A stretch of DNA of 64,000 bases from Opitutia bacterium (lineage in GTDB: Bacteria; Verrucomicrobiota; Verrucomicrobiia; Opitutales; T3Sed10-336), in NCBI GenBank assembly GCA_003558065.1, contig PWMU01000171.1, forward strand, positions 277 through 64,276, given 5' to 3'. This document shows positions 37,599-46,521 of the stretch, in pieces (position 1 is the stretch's first letter; each line of letters opens with the position of its first letter). The position numbers were made by a program, and so were the translations under genes. The notes under the pieces are model-generated. The model made no database searches and was not told where the DNA came from. It was given only the letters and a program-made list of their open reading frames with translations.

Positions 37599-39371
37599 AT
37601 GAGGTTGAGCAACGTATCCGGCATATTGGCAGCGCTCCTTTGGGTGGTGGTTCTGGGCGCGACGGCATTGAGCGCGCAGGACGAGGATGAAACGACTCCG
37701 CACGAGCCCGAGGGAGAGGAGGAGAGGCCGGAGGTTCCATTTGAACTGCCCGATTTCGACCGGGATGAGGACGAGGCGACGGTTCTTATTGAGGAGTTGA
37801 AAGCACTGGTGATCCGTCCTGCCCTGGCGGAAGAAAGACGCGACCTCCCCTCGCAGGCGACCGGTATCGTTTATGTCACGGGGCTTCCCTTGCTGAACAC
37901 CCCGGAATTCAGGCGCAACGCCCGGAAGTACCTGGGGAAACCGCTGACAACCGAGACGTTGGACGAACTTCTCCGCGAAATCATCATCACTTACCGCGAT
38001 AATCGCCGGCCTGTAGTCGACGTGATCGTTCCGGAACAGGACGTGACCCACGGGCACCTGGTTCTCGAGGTGTTGGAGGGGCAGGTGGGCCGCGTGCAGG
38101 TGACCGGCCAGCGCTGGTTCCGCCGGCCGATTTTCACGAGCAAGATTCGCTTTGAACGCGGCGATGAAATCGATTCGCTGATGCTCCAGGAGGACCTCGA
38201 CTGGATGAACAGGAATCCCTTCCGGCGGGTCGACGTGGTTTATGCGCCGGGCTCCGAACCCGGCGAGACCGACCTGTTATTCGAGGTCGAGGACCGGTTT
38301 CCGTTCCGTGTTTACGGCGGTTTTGAAAATACCGGTAACCGGCTCACCGGCGAAGAACGCTTTCTGGCGGGCTTCAACTGGGGGCACGCGTTTGCCATGG
38401 ATCACGAGCTCAACTACCAGTTCACCACCGGCCGGTACATGGACCGGGTTAAGGCTCATTCGGGGAGCTACGTGATACCCTTGCCGCTGCGTCACGAAGT
38501 CCGTTTCTTCGGCAATTACGTCGAATCCGATGTGGACGTCGATTCCAACCTGGCCCTGGAAGGGGAATCCCTCCGGCTCAGCGGACGATATGCGATTTTT
38601 CTGACGGGGTGGGAGCTTCCCTCACGCGGTTTGAGCCTGTCCCAGGAGTTTACCCTGGGGGCCGATTTCAAGCGGGCGGACAATTCCCTCGAGTGGGGGG
38701 AGATCAATGTCTATGACACCGCGACCGAAATCATACAGGCAATGACCCGCTACAGTGGAACGCTGAGGGATCCTTTCGGGAAGAGCGAGTTCCACGCCGG
38801 AGTGTATTACAGTCCCGGCGATTTCATCAGCAGACGGAACCGGGACCGCTTTTTTGACGAGGCTCGCGCCGGTGCCGAATCCAGGTACTACACGGCGCGG
38901 CTGGGTTTTGACAGATTGTCCCATATTTCCCAGGGCTTCACTTTAAAAAAGAGCGGGTTGTATCAGTACACGGACAGCCGTTTGCTCGCCAGCGAACAGC
39001 TCGGGGTCGGCGGGCATGCCAGCGTTCGGGGGTACGAGGAGCGGGCCGCCGCCGGGGACAACGGCTATTTGCTGAGCGCGGAACTCAGGTCGCCGGAATT
39101 CAACTGGAACGAACTCACGGGGTTCGGGCGCCCGGCACCCGACCGATGGCAAGTGCTCGGCTTCCTCGACTACGGCGTTGCCGAAATCAAGGATCCGCAG
39201 GCCGGCGAGGAGCGGCGCAGGCATTTGCTCGGCGCGGGCCCGGGCCTCCGAGTCAGAGTCGACGACAACTTTTTTCTGCGTTTCGACTACGGCTGGCAGA
39301 TACGGGATGACGCCGTGGCGAACGACACAAGGGATCACCGGGCACACGCGGCGGTGATTCTGAGCTATTGA
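37599..39371 (+). CDS. ShlB/FhaC/HecB-family TpsB outer-membrane transporter
   Basis: It has a signal peptide, a POTRA-type region (LVLEVLEGQVGRVQVTGQRWF) and a C-terminal beta-barrel ending in an aromatic residue (...AAVILSY). Confidence 0.85.
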   Translation: MRLSNVSGILAALLWVVVLGATALSAQDEDETTPHEPEGEEERPEVPFELPDFDRDEDEATVLIEELKALVIRPALAEERRDLPSQATGIVYVTGLPLLNTPEFRRNARKYLGKPLTTETLDELLREIIITYRDNRRPVVDVIVPEQDVTHGHLVLEVLEGQVGRVQVTGQRWFRRPIFTSKIRFERGDEIDSLMLQEDLDWMNRNPFRRVDVVYAPGSEPGETDLLFEVEDRFPFRVYGGFENTGNRLTGEERFLAGFNWGHAFAMDHELNYQFTTGRYMDRVKAHSGSYVIPLPLRHEVRFFGNYVESDVDVDSNLALEGESLRLSGRYAIFLTGWELPSRGLSLSQEFTLGADFKRADNSLEWGEINVYDTATEIIQAMTRYSGTLRDPFGKSEFHAGVYYSPGDFISRRNRDRFFDEARAGAESRYYTARLGFDRLSHISQGFTLKKSGLYQYTDSRLLASEQLGVGGHASVRGYEERAAAGDNGYLLSAELRSPEFNWNELTGFGRPAPDRWQVLGFLDYGVAEIKDPQAGEERRRHLLGAGPGLRVRVDDNFFLRFDYGWQIRDDAVANDTRDHRAHAAVILSY

Positions 39372-39380
39372 CAGCTCCCT

Positions 39381-39421
39381 CCCGGACCGGCGGAGCCGGA
39401 ACCCCGTTCCGCCGGTCCGGG
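39381..39421. terminator. Hairpin between convergent genes (putative bidirectional terminator)
   Basis: A 14-bp perfect stem: CCCGGACCGGCGGA-(13 nt)-TCCGCCGGTCCGGG. Confidence 0.5.
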
Positions 39422-39445
39422 CTCTCTCGAGCTATCGGATCGTCC

Positions 39446-39664
39446 TTACCCCTCCTTGCGCTTTTCCGCGTTGCGCTGTTTTTCGTCGGCGACGATCACC
39501 TTGAACATCTGCAGGGCGAGCCAGGCAACCGCGGTCATGCAGACAGCCCCGAGGAAAGCCCAGACGGCGATCCAGGTTGGGTCAAACGCGGTGACGCTGG
39601 GTCTGAGCGCGAAAAAACTGATCAGGAAGAAGGGAATGAGAAACAGGAGGTCGCGAAGCGTCAT
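39446..39664 (-). CDS. Small two-TM membrane protein (hypothetical)
   Basis: Internal ATG: MTLRDLLFLIPFFLISFFAL...WIAVWAFLGAVCMTAVAWLALQMF, with a basic tail. It lies directly downstream of the type III PKS. Confidence 0.4.
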   Translation of the reverse strand: MTLRDLLFLIPFFLISFFALRPSVTAFDPTWIAVWAFLGAVCMTAVAWLALQMFKVIVADEKQRNAEKRKEG

Positions 39665-39767
39665 AATCGTGCTGCTGATGGTAAAATGAATCGGTTCACT
39701 TGAAAAGGAAACAGTCGATCTAAAGCAAACCGGACCTGCCTGCCAATCCAAAAAGAGCGATCCTTCA

Positions 39768-40805
39768 TCATCCTGCCGGGCTGAGGCGGCAACTGTGACA
39801 CGAAAACCCGGCGCCGAAGGAAGCCAGCCAGAAATCTCCCTCCCCGGTATCGTTTTCCAGAGCGCGATCCAGAGCGAAGAGAACGCTGGGGCTGCTCATG
39901 TTGCCGCAGTGCCGGAGGGTTTCATAACTCTCCGAAAGCGGATGCCCGGGAAGCTGGCCCTCGATCGCGGCGAGCACATCCCGCCCCCCGGGGTGGGCGA
40001 GAACCGTGCCGACCGGAATTCCGTTGTCAGCCGAAAACAGGGATTTGACCGCGAGGGCCGCCTTTTCCGGGACCGTTTTATGCAGCTTGTTGCGCAGCTT
40101 GCCGGCCTGGGTCTCGAAGCGGAGCAATTCCCGGTCGGCGGGAATGTGAACCGTGCGGAATCCATGGGCGTATCTTGCGGGGCGTCCGGCGCGCGGCTTC
40201 CCCGTGCAGACCGCGGCCGCCGCGCCGTCGGAAAAGAGACAGGCGCTGATCAGAACCCCCGGGTCGTTGTCCAGATAAAAGGCCGCCGAACAGATCTCCA
40301 CCGCGACCACGGCAACGCGGGAATCCGGCTGAGCGGCAAGAAAATGGCCGGCCGCGCGCATGGTCGGAATCGCGGCGCCACACCCGAGACCAACCAGATC
40401 CTGCAGAAACCCGTCGGAGCGAATGCCGAGCTGTTCCGAAACATAGCTGCTCAATCCGGGACAAAGGTAGCCGGTACAGGTGCAGATCAACAGGGCGTCG
40501 AGATCGGCGGGACGCAGGGAAGCGCGGTCGAGCGCGTCGCGTAAGGCCCGCCCCGCGAGCAGCGGGGCTTCGCGGCGAAAGGTTTCGTTCAGTTCGTCGA
40601 CGTCCTGATCGAATACCCGCTCGATTTCCGGCGTGACAAAGTGCCGCGAGGCGATTCCGTTGTCGGTGGTCAGAACCTTGCGCAGAATCGACAGCGACCT
40701 GGAGGTGAGACCCTTGACCAGATCGGATCCGTTCAGGATTTCCCAGCACTCGTTCTGCGTAAAACGATTGGGAGGAACGGCCGTGGCTAAGGATTGAACG
40801 TACAT
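39768..40805 (-). CDS. Type III polyketide synthase (chalcone/stilbene synthase superfamily)
   Basis: The Cys-His-Asn triad contexts are VGLGCGAAIPT, LAHPGGRDV and CGNMSSPSV. Start chosen at MYVQSLATAVPPNRFTQ. Confidence 0.85.
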   Translation of the reverse strand: MYVQSLATAVPPNRFTQNECWEILNGSDLVKGLTSRSLSILRKVLTTDNGIASRHFVTPEIERVFDQDVDELNETFRREAPLLAGRALRDALDRASLRPADLDALLICTCTGYLCPGLSSYVSEQLGIRSDGFLQDLVGLGCGAAIPTMRAAGHFLAAQPDSRVAVVAVEICSAAFYLDNDPGVLISACLFSDGAAAAVCTGKPRAGRPARYAHGFRTVHIPADRELLRFETQAGKLRNKLHKTVPEKAALAVKSLFSADNGIPVGTVLAHPGGRDVLAAIEGQLPGHPLSESYETLRHCGNMSSPSVLFALDRALENDTGEGDFWLASFGAGFSCHSCRLSPAG

Positions 40806-40937
40806 GCGCTGGGATCCGAGGGTTGACAACTCACTGGCCAGATCGTCGCACAACAGGACAAACCCTGGCTGTGTCCACTATGTCTGGAACCGCCGGCGGA
40901 TCAAACCACGGCGGCCGGAAATCCGGCCCCGGCACGT

Positions 40938-41378
40938 TTACCCTCCACCCCCCTGAAACCAGTGATAGAGGAAGAAGTAGACCAACACCCCGGTTACCGA
41001 GACGTAATACCAGAGCGGAAAGGTCCAGCGGGCCCATTTGCGGTGTTGTTTGAAATTCGCTTTCAGGGCGTGCCAGAATGTTATGATGACCAGCGGCACG
41101 ATGGCCATTGCCAGGATGATGTGAGAGATGAGCATCGGGTAGTAGACCCACGCCCAGAAACCCTCTCCGCCGAACTCGGTATGGACGCCTCTAACCAGGA
41201 TCTTGTGCAGGACGTAGAAGAAAAGGAAGACCAGCGAAACCCCGAACGCGCTTATCATCGCCGCCCGGTGGCGCTTGACCTGCTTCCTCAGAATAAAGAT
41301 GAACCCGGCGGTGAGCAAAAGGGTCGCCACGCCGTTGAGCAGGGCGTTCAATGTGGGAAGAAATTCGGTGAAGGTCAT
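40938..41378 (-). CDS. DUF420 family membrane protein
   Basis: 146 aa with four TM segments: LNALLNGVATLLLTAGFIFIL...HRAAMISAF...YYPMLISHIILA...HRKWARWTFPLWYYVSVTGVLVY. This family is typically linked to the heme A / cytochrome oxidase assembly genes. Confidence 0.8.
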   Translation of the reverse strand: MTFTEFLPTLNALLNGVATLLLTAGFIFILRKQVKRHRAAMISAFGVSLVFLFFYVLHKILVRGVHTEFGGEGFWAWVYYPMLISHIILAMAIVPLVIITFWHALKANFKQHRKWARWTFPLWYYVSVTGVLVYFFLYHWFQGGGG

Positions 41379-41384
41379 CGTTGT

Positions 41385-42314
41385 TCAGGCGAAAAACCAG
41401 ATATCGGCCACCAGGCAGGCGAGCAGCAGCGGCAGGTAGAGGATCGATACGAAAAAGATCTTCCGGGCCGCTTCCTCGCGGTTGACGGCATTTTTGAATT
41501 TCATGATCCGCCATTGGAAGTGACCGCCAAGGAGCAGGGCAACGGCGATGTAGAGGAAGCTGGTCTGACCCAGAATACCCGGGAGCAGGGTGGTGATCCA
41601 GAGAAGGGCCCCGTAGACCGTCATGTGGCGGGCAACCCGGAAACCGCCTGGATCGATGGTCGTGAGCATCGGGAACCGGACCGCGCCGTAATCCTCACGG
41701 TACAGCCAGGCGATGGCGTGAAAGTGCGGCATCTGCCAGAAAAACAGGATCCCGAACAGAACCCAGCCGCCGGTTCCAACTGTTCCCTCCGCCGCGGCCC
41801 AGCCGACAATAGGCGGGATCGCCCCGGAAATCGCGCCGACTTCGGTGCACCAGTGCGTCTGTTTCTTGAGGGGCGTGTACGCCAGAATGTACACGGCCAC
41901 CGTCAGGAGTACCAGAAACCCCGCGGGTGGGTTGACTCCAAAGTTGAGCTGGATTCCGCCCAGGCCGCAAAGCACGAGTCCCAGCACCAGGGCGGCGGAA
42001 GGCGGCACGTGCCCGGTGGGAATCGGGCGATCCTTGGTCCGCTGCATTCCGGTGTCGGTGGCGCGTTCCAGCCACTGATTGAGGACCGCCGCGCCGCCGG
42101 CGGCGAAAGAGGTTCCGATCATCAGGTGAATCAGCGTCCACCCGTCCACTGCCGGCCTCGCGGCGAAATAGCCGACCAGGACGGTCACCACCGAGAGGAG
42201 GCTCAGGCGCGGCTTGGTGAGCTCGAGGTACTTGCCCCAGTCGAGAAGACCGCCTTTGATTCCCGCCCGCGGGCCAATTCCGGATGAGTCGGAAGCTCGG
42301 GTGTGCGGAGTCAT
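41385..42314 (-). CDS. ctaB: Protoheme IX farnesyltransferase (heme O synthase)
   Basis: UbiA-family polytopic protein (DRPIPTG, YTPLKKQT motifs). Its ATG overlaps the ctaA stop. Confidence 0.9.
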   Translation of the reverse strand: MTPHTRASDSSGIGPRAGIKGGLLDWGKYLELTKPRLSLLSVVTVLVGYFAARPAVDGWTLIHLMIGTSFAAGGAAVLNQWLERATDTGMQRTKDRPIPTGHVPPSAALVLGLVLCGLGGIQLNFGVNPPAGFLVLLTVAVYILAYTPLKKQTHWCTEVGAISGAIPPIVGWAAAEGTVGTGGWVLFGILFFWQMPHFHAIAWLYREDYGAVRFPMLTTIDPGGFRVARHMTVYGALLWITTLLPGILGQTSFLYIAVALLLGGHFQWRIMKFKNAVNREEAARKIFFVSILYLPLLLACLVADIWFFA

Positions 42315-43369
42315 TGGCTGGTGGCGTCGGTCAGCGGTGCGTCGAGCCCGCGATTGGCTTTTTCCCTGTCCGTGACCCTGGCTGGAAAACTCCGTTTTGC
42401 ACCTGTAGCCCGGAAAAAACTGAAGGTGATCCCCCAGGCGAGTGCCAGGATCAGGGCTCCGACGATAACGTGCAGGGTGGTTGGATAAGGATTGCGGTGG
42501 AACCAGATAATCGAGGCGCCCAGGTAGATTTGTGCCCCCAGCAGAAAAACCAGGCCCGCACCCATGCCTTTCAGGGCGACCGCTACCCGGTCGGAGTACC
42601 AGAGCTTCCAGGCAAAGATGAGCAGCACAATACTGACCGCCGCCGCTCCGACCCGGTGCGCGAAGTGAATGCCGACCTGGAAATTCCAGGCCGGAGGCAG
42701 CAGGGAATCGGCGGAAGACAAGGGGAAATACGGGATCGCCAATCCGGCGTCGTGATGCCGCATCACCGCACCGAGGATAAGTTGCAAGAAGACCGCCGCG
42801 CAGGCGACGATTCCCCAGGTGCGCAGCGCGTTGTCAACAGGGCGAAGGATTCCCGCTCCGCGCTCGATCCAGAAGCGTGACAGCGCCAGGGCCATCCCCA
42901 CGATCACGCAGAGAAACGCCTGGGCCGTGCAGGCGTGGATGATGGCGAGGGTCTGGGCCAGGTAATTGTGTTCGGTCTGGATGTTCAACTGATCGAAGAC
43001 CACCCGTCCGCCGCCGAGCAGGCCCTGTATAGCCACCAGCACGAAGGCCGCCGTCCCGAGCCGGCGCAGCCAGCGGCGTTCCTCACGCAGGAAAAGCCAG
43101 ATCGCGAGGGCTATCACAAGCAGGCCGACCTGGGCTCCGAGCAGGCGGTGACTGTGCTCGGCGAACATGTCCTGATCGTGCAGCCAGCCCGACGGGTTGA
43201 GCGATCCGTCCGACAGGGGCCAGTCCAGAAAGACCATGCCGGCGCCGATGCTGGTGGTGAAGCCGCCCATCAACAAAAGCAGCAGGGTCCACCCCACGGT
43301 GAACCACGCCAGCCAGGCCAGGGCGGGTTTGTAGCGGTCATTTCGTTTCTGCGAGAGAGAACAGGACAT
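42311..43369 (-). CDS. ctaA: COX15/CtaA family heme A synthase
   Basis: 352 aa with eight TM segments and conserved His pairs (EHSHRLLG, IHACTAQ, FAHRVGA). It lies upstream of ctaB. Confidence 0.85.
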   Translation of the reverse strand: MSCSLSQKRNDRYKPALAWLAWFTVGWTLLLLLMGGFTTSIGAGMVFLDWPLSDGSLNPSGWLHDQDMFAEHSHRLLGAQVGLLVIALAIWLFLREERRWLRRLGTAAFVLVAIQGLLGGGRVVFDQLNIQTEHNYLAQTLAIIHACTAQAFLCVIVGMALALSRFWIERGAGILRPVDNALRTWGIVACAAVFLQLILGAVMRHHDAGLAIPYFPLSSADSLLPPAWNFQVGIHFAHRVGAAAVSIVLLIFAWKLWYSDRVAVALKGMGAGLVFLLGAQIYLGASIIWFHRNPYPTTLHVIVGALILALAWGITFSFFRATGAKRSFPARVTDREKANRGLDAPLTDATSQ

Positions 43370-43469
43370 CTAATTGTACGAATTAATAAGAGAAGAAATT
43401 CAGGTTCGGTAATTGATAATCAAACGAAACAGCCAATAATGATGCTCGTTGGCTGGCAAGAGGAACTTT

Positions 43470-44426
43470 ATGTTAGGAAACCGGTTTTTATCAAAGATTA
43501 TGACTGTTTATATTTCCGGAGGCGGCAAGAGGCGGAGGTGCGTGTGCCGCGCTTTTCCCGTTTCGATTCTGTTTGCGGCCGCCCTCTTACTCGGCGGGTG
43601 TTCCGGCGAGCCGGGCGGCGCGGAACCCCGTGCGTTTACCGGGGTGATCCTGGAAGTGGACGGGGCCAAGGGAGAACTGAAAGTCGAGGTCGAGTCCGGG
43701 GCGGACTTTCTGGACGAGCCGCGGGTTTGGGCGTCGGCGCGCCCCGGGGATGTTGCCAATGCGAAGCCGGGCGCGAAAATCCGCGCGTTCCTGGCCGACG
43801 CGGAGAGCGGAGAGGCGGCCTACCGCCTGGAACAGGTCTGGCCCGCCGAAGAGGATTCCGAGCGGGTTGTGGAGCACCTGAACCGCCGCCTCCGGGAGGA
43901 CACCGTGCTGCGCGGGGAGGGAGCTTACCGGATGGAGGGGGAGGCGTTGCCGCGTTTTGCCCTTTACGATCAATACGGCGACCTGGTCCGCCCCGAGCGG
44001 TTCAAGGGCAACCGGGTTGTGGTCAATTTTATTTTCACCCGTTGCATGGACCCGCAAATGTGCCCTGCGGCCACTGAACGGATGCGCCAGCTTCAGAAGT
44101 CCGCGGACGAGACCGGCATCGAGGATTTCGAGTTGATGTCGGTGACCCTTGATCCGGATTACGATACCCCGGGCGTACTCCGGGATTACGCTGAGAACCG
44201 GGGCATCGATCTGGAAAACTATTCATTCCTGACCGGCCCCGACAGGGCCGTCCGCGATCTGATGACCCAACTGGGGGTGCTCGCCCATGAAGACGACGAA
44301 ATGTACTGGGTGCACACCATGACGACGCTGCTTGTCGATAGCGACGGCACGATCCTGCACCGGGTCGACGGCAGCCAATGGATGGTCAGTGACTTTTTGA
44401 ACCGGTTGAAGGAGGAGGAAACGTGA
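43470..44426 (+). CDS. SCO1/SenC-family copper chaperone lipoprotein with an extra N-terminal domain
   Basis: The lipobox is LLLGGC. The thioredoxin-fold core is FKGNRVVVNFIFTRCMDPQMCP, with a conserved His in YWVHTMTTLLVD. Alternative starts are TTG 43449 and ATG 43500. Confidence 0.8.
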   Translation: MLGNRFLSKIMTVYISGGGKRRRCVCRAFPVSILFAAALLLGGCSGEPGGAEPRAFTGVILEVDGAKGELKVEVESGADFLDEPRVWASARPGDVANAKPGAKIRAFLADAESGEAAYRLEQVWPAEEDSERVVEHLNRRLREDTVLRGEGAYRMEGEALPRFALYDQYGDLVRPERFKGNRVVVNFIFTRCMDPQMCPAATERMRQLQKSADETGIEDFELMSVTLDPDYDTPGVLRDYAENRGIDLENYSFLTGPDRAVRDLMTQLGVLAHEDDEMYWVHTMTTLLVDSDGTILHRVDGSQWMVSDFLNRLKEEET

Positions 44427-45364
44427 TGAAGATTTCCGGATCCCGGACACCGCTTACCCTTGCCCAGAAAAAGCAGATCCTGTGGCTGACGGTGATAGCC
44501 GTCGGCCTGTTCGTGGTCCTTCGCTGGGTTCCCGGCGCGGTGGCGCCGGAACGGCCCGGACAGTTCCTGGCGGCCGCCGGAGCGACCGACGAACGGGTCG
44601 AATTGTGCGACGTCAGCAATATTGGGTTCAGTCTGGTGAACGACCGGGTCTCCCCGGTTCGGCTGAATGCGGAGGCTTTGAGCCCCCCGGAGCCGGGGCG
44701 GGAGGTGGAGGTGCTCCTGTCCGTCGAGACCCGCGGCGGCAAACCGGTCACTTTCGAGGATATTCTGGAAACCCACGAAGAGAAGATTCATCTTTTGATT
44801 GTCGATCCGAGTCTGGAAGACTATCACCATGTGCACCCGCAACCGGCCGACGTCGACGGGGAGTACCGGTTTTCCTTCACTCCCGGGGCCGGCGGAGACT
44901 ATCGGATATTTGCCGACTTCGTTTCCGCGCGCACCGGCCGTCCGGTTTACTCGGTGACTTCCCTGGAGGTTCCCGGCGAGCTCCGGGAACCCGTGAACGA
45001 GGAGCGGAAACGGGTCGAAGCTGGAGATTATCGGTTTGAACTCTTGGCGACGGGAGAGGGCTACCGACCCGGACGTCCCCAGGAATTGAGGTTGCGGGTA
45101 CGCCACCGGGAAGAGGGGCGCGAAGTTCTCCTTGAACCCATCATGGGCGAATACGCGCACCTGGTCGGCTTCGATCCGGCCCGAAGCGGTTTTACACACA
45201 TGCACCCGTTGCGCGCGGGAACCGACTACGCACTCGATCGCGAGGCTCCGGAGATCGGATTCATGCTCCAGGTCCGCGAAGCCGGCTTCTACAAAGTCTG
45301 GGCCCAGTTCAAGGTCGACGGAGAAGAGGTGTTTGTGCCTTTCGGTGTCCGGGTCGGCGCCTGA
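44426..45364 (+). CDS. Membrane-anchored hypothetical protein with a duplicated His-rich motif (putative metal-binding partner of SCO1)
   Basis: A strong RBS (GGAGGAGG) lies 8 nt upstream. There is one TM helix and two copies of the H-L-x3-DP-x5-H-x-HP motif (HLLIVDPSLEDYHHVHP and HLVGFDPARSGFTHMHP). Confidence 0.6.
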   Translation: MKISGSRTPLTLAQKKQILWLTVIAVGLFVVLRWVPGAVAPERPGQFLAAAGATDERVELCDVSNIGFSLVNDRVSPVRLNAEALSPPEPGREVEVLLSVETRGGKPVTFEDILETHEEKIHLLIVDPSLEDYHHVHPQPADVDGEYRFSFTPGAGGDYRIFADFVSARTGRPVYSVTSLEVPGELREPVNEERKRVEAGDYRFELLATGEGYRPGRPQELRLRVRHREEGREVLLEPIMGEYAHLVGFDPARSGFTHMHPLRAGTDYALDREAPEIGFMLQVREAGFYKVWAQFKVDGEEVFVPFGVRVGA

Positions 45365-45423
45365 TTGGAATTGTGATCCCGGGATCCGGATGGATAATTG
45401 CATTCCGGACCGGATCCCGAACC

Positions 45424-46422
45424 ATGAAACCCGATACCGCCACTCCCGATGAGTACAGCTCCATTCAGCGCTTTCTTGAAGAGGCCTACGGGGTTACCCG
45501 TGATTTTTTTCCTGCCCGTTACCCGTCGTGGTGGGGACCGGACACCACGGATTTCAGCCGGATTTGCGTAATCCGCGGACAGCACGGCGAGATCCTCAGC
45601 CTGGTGCGGGTTTTTCCGCTGGATCTGCAGCTCGGCCCGGCCCGGTTGACTGCCGGCGGTATCGGGGCCGTAGCCACAGCTCCGTCGGCCCGGGGACGGG
45701 GTTTAATGAGCCGGGTGATGGAATTCGCGATCGCTCGAATGAAGGAAGAGGGGTTTCCCCTGTCGATCCTCTGGGGCGACCGGCATAGGTATTCGCAATT
45801 TGGATACGAAAACGGGGGCCGGGCTCTGCGGCTCTCGATCGGTCTGAAGGGGTTGCAACGGTCAGGGATCCGAACTCTCGAGCCGGTGCGTTGCCGCGGC
45901 GAAGAGGCGGAGCTGGAGAACATGGCGGCCGCCTACGCGCGCCACCCGTTTCGCCGCCGGCGGGGAGCGCAAGAGTCTCGGCTGATTTATTCGCGGCGGG
46001 ATCTGCTGCTTCATTGTGCCGGAGAAGGGGCGACGTTTGGTTATCTGATTCTGCTTGGAAACCGAGCACGGGGCGGCGTCGCCGAATTCGGAGGAGATCC
46101 CGAGACGGTGCTCGGGCTCGCGGCAGGCTGCTGCCAGCGCTACGGTTTGAGCGAGCTGAGCTTTCCGTTTCCGGATTGGGAAAACGTCGCCGAACCCTAT
46201 CGCCGGGCCGCGAACGGCGCTACCGGGCGGAGCGCCGCCATGCTCAAGGTACTCGACACCGGGGCGGTTCTCGCGGCCCTGAACCCCCAGTGTCCCGACC
46301 GCAAACCGCCCGGAGCCCGGCAGCTCGATGCTTGGCCCGAAACCCGTCGGGTCGAAGCCCTGTTCGGCACCTTCAGCGAGGCTCCCTTCAACGTTTTCTG
46401 CTGGCCGCTCGATCAGATTTGA
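45424..46422 (+). CDS. GNAT family N-acetyltransferase (Eis-like, with a C-terminal SCP2-like region)
   Basis: The acetyl-CoA motif A is GIGAVATAPSARGRGLMSRVM, followed by ...SILWGDRHRYSQFGY. Start at the internal ATG MKPDTATPDEY. Confidence 0.75.
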   Translation: MKPDTATPDEYSSIQRFLEEAYGVTRDFFPARYPSWWGPDTTDFSRICVIRGQHGEILSLVRVFPLDLQLGPARLTAGGIGAVATAPSARGRGLMSRVMEFAIARMKEEGFPLSILWGDRHRYSQFGYENGGRALRLSIGLKGLQRSGIRTLEPVRCRGEEAELENMAAAYARHPFRRRRGAQESRLIYSRRDLLLHCAGEGATFGYLILLGNRARGGVAEFGGDPETVLGLAAGCCQRYGLSELSFPFPDWENVAEPYRRAANGATGRSAAMLKVLDTGAVLAALNPQCPDRKPPGARQLDAWPETRRVEALFGTFSEAPFNVFCWPLDQI

Positions 46423-46521
46423 TGAGGGCCCCGCCGTCCTCCGCTCGCCGGAAAGCGTTTCGGCCAATTCCTCCTTGACCGTGTTTCGGGGCCGGGGGAT
46501 AAACGGAGTTCGTTTCCACTC

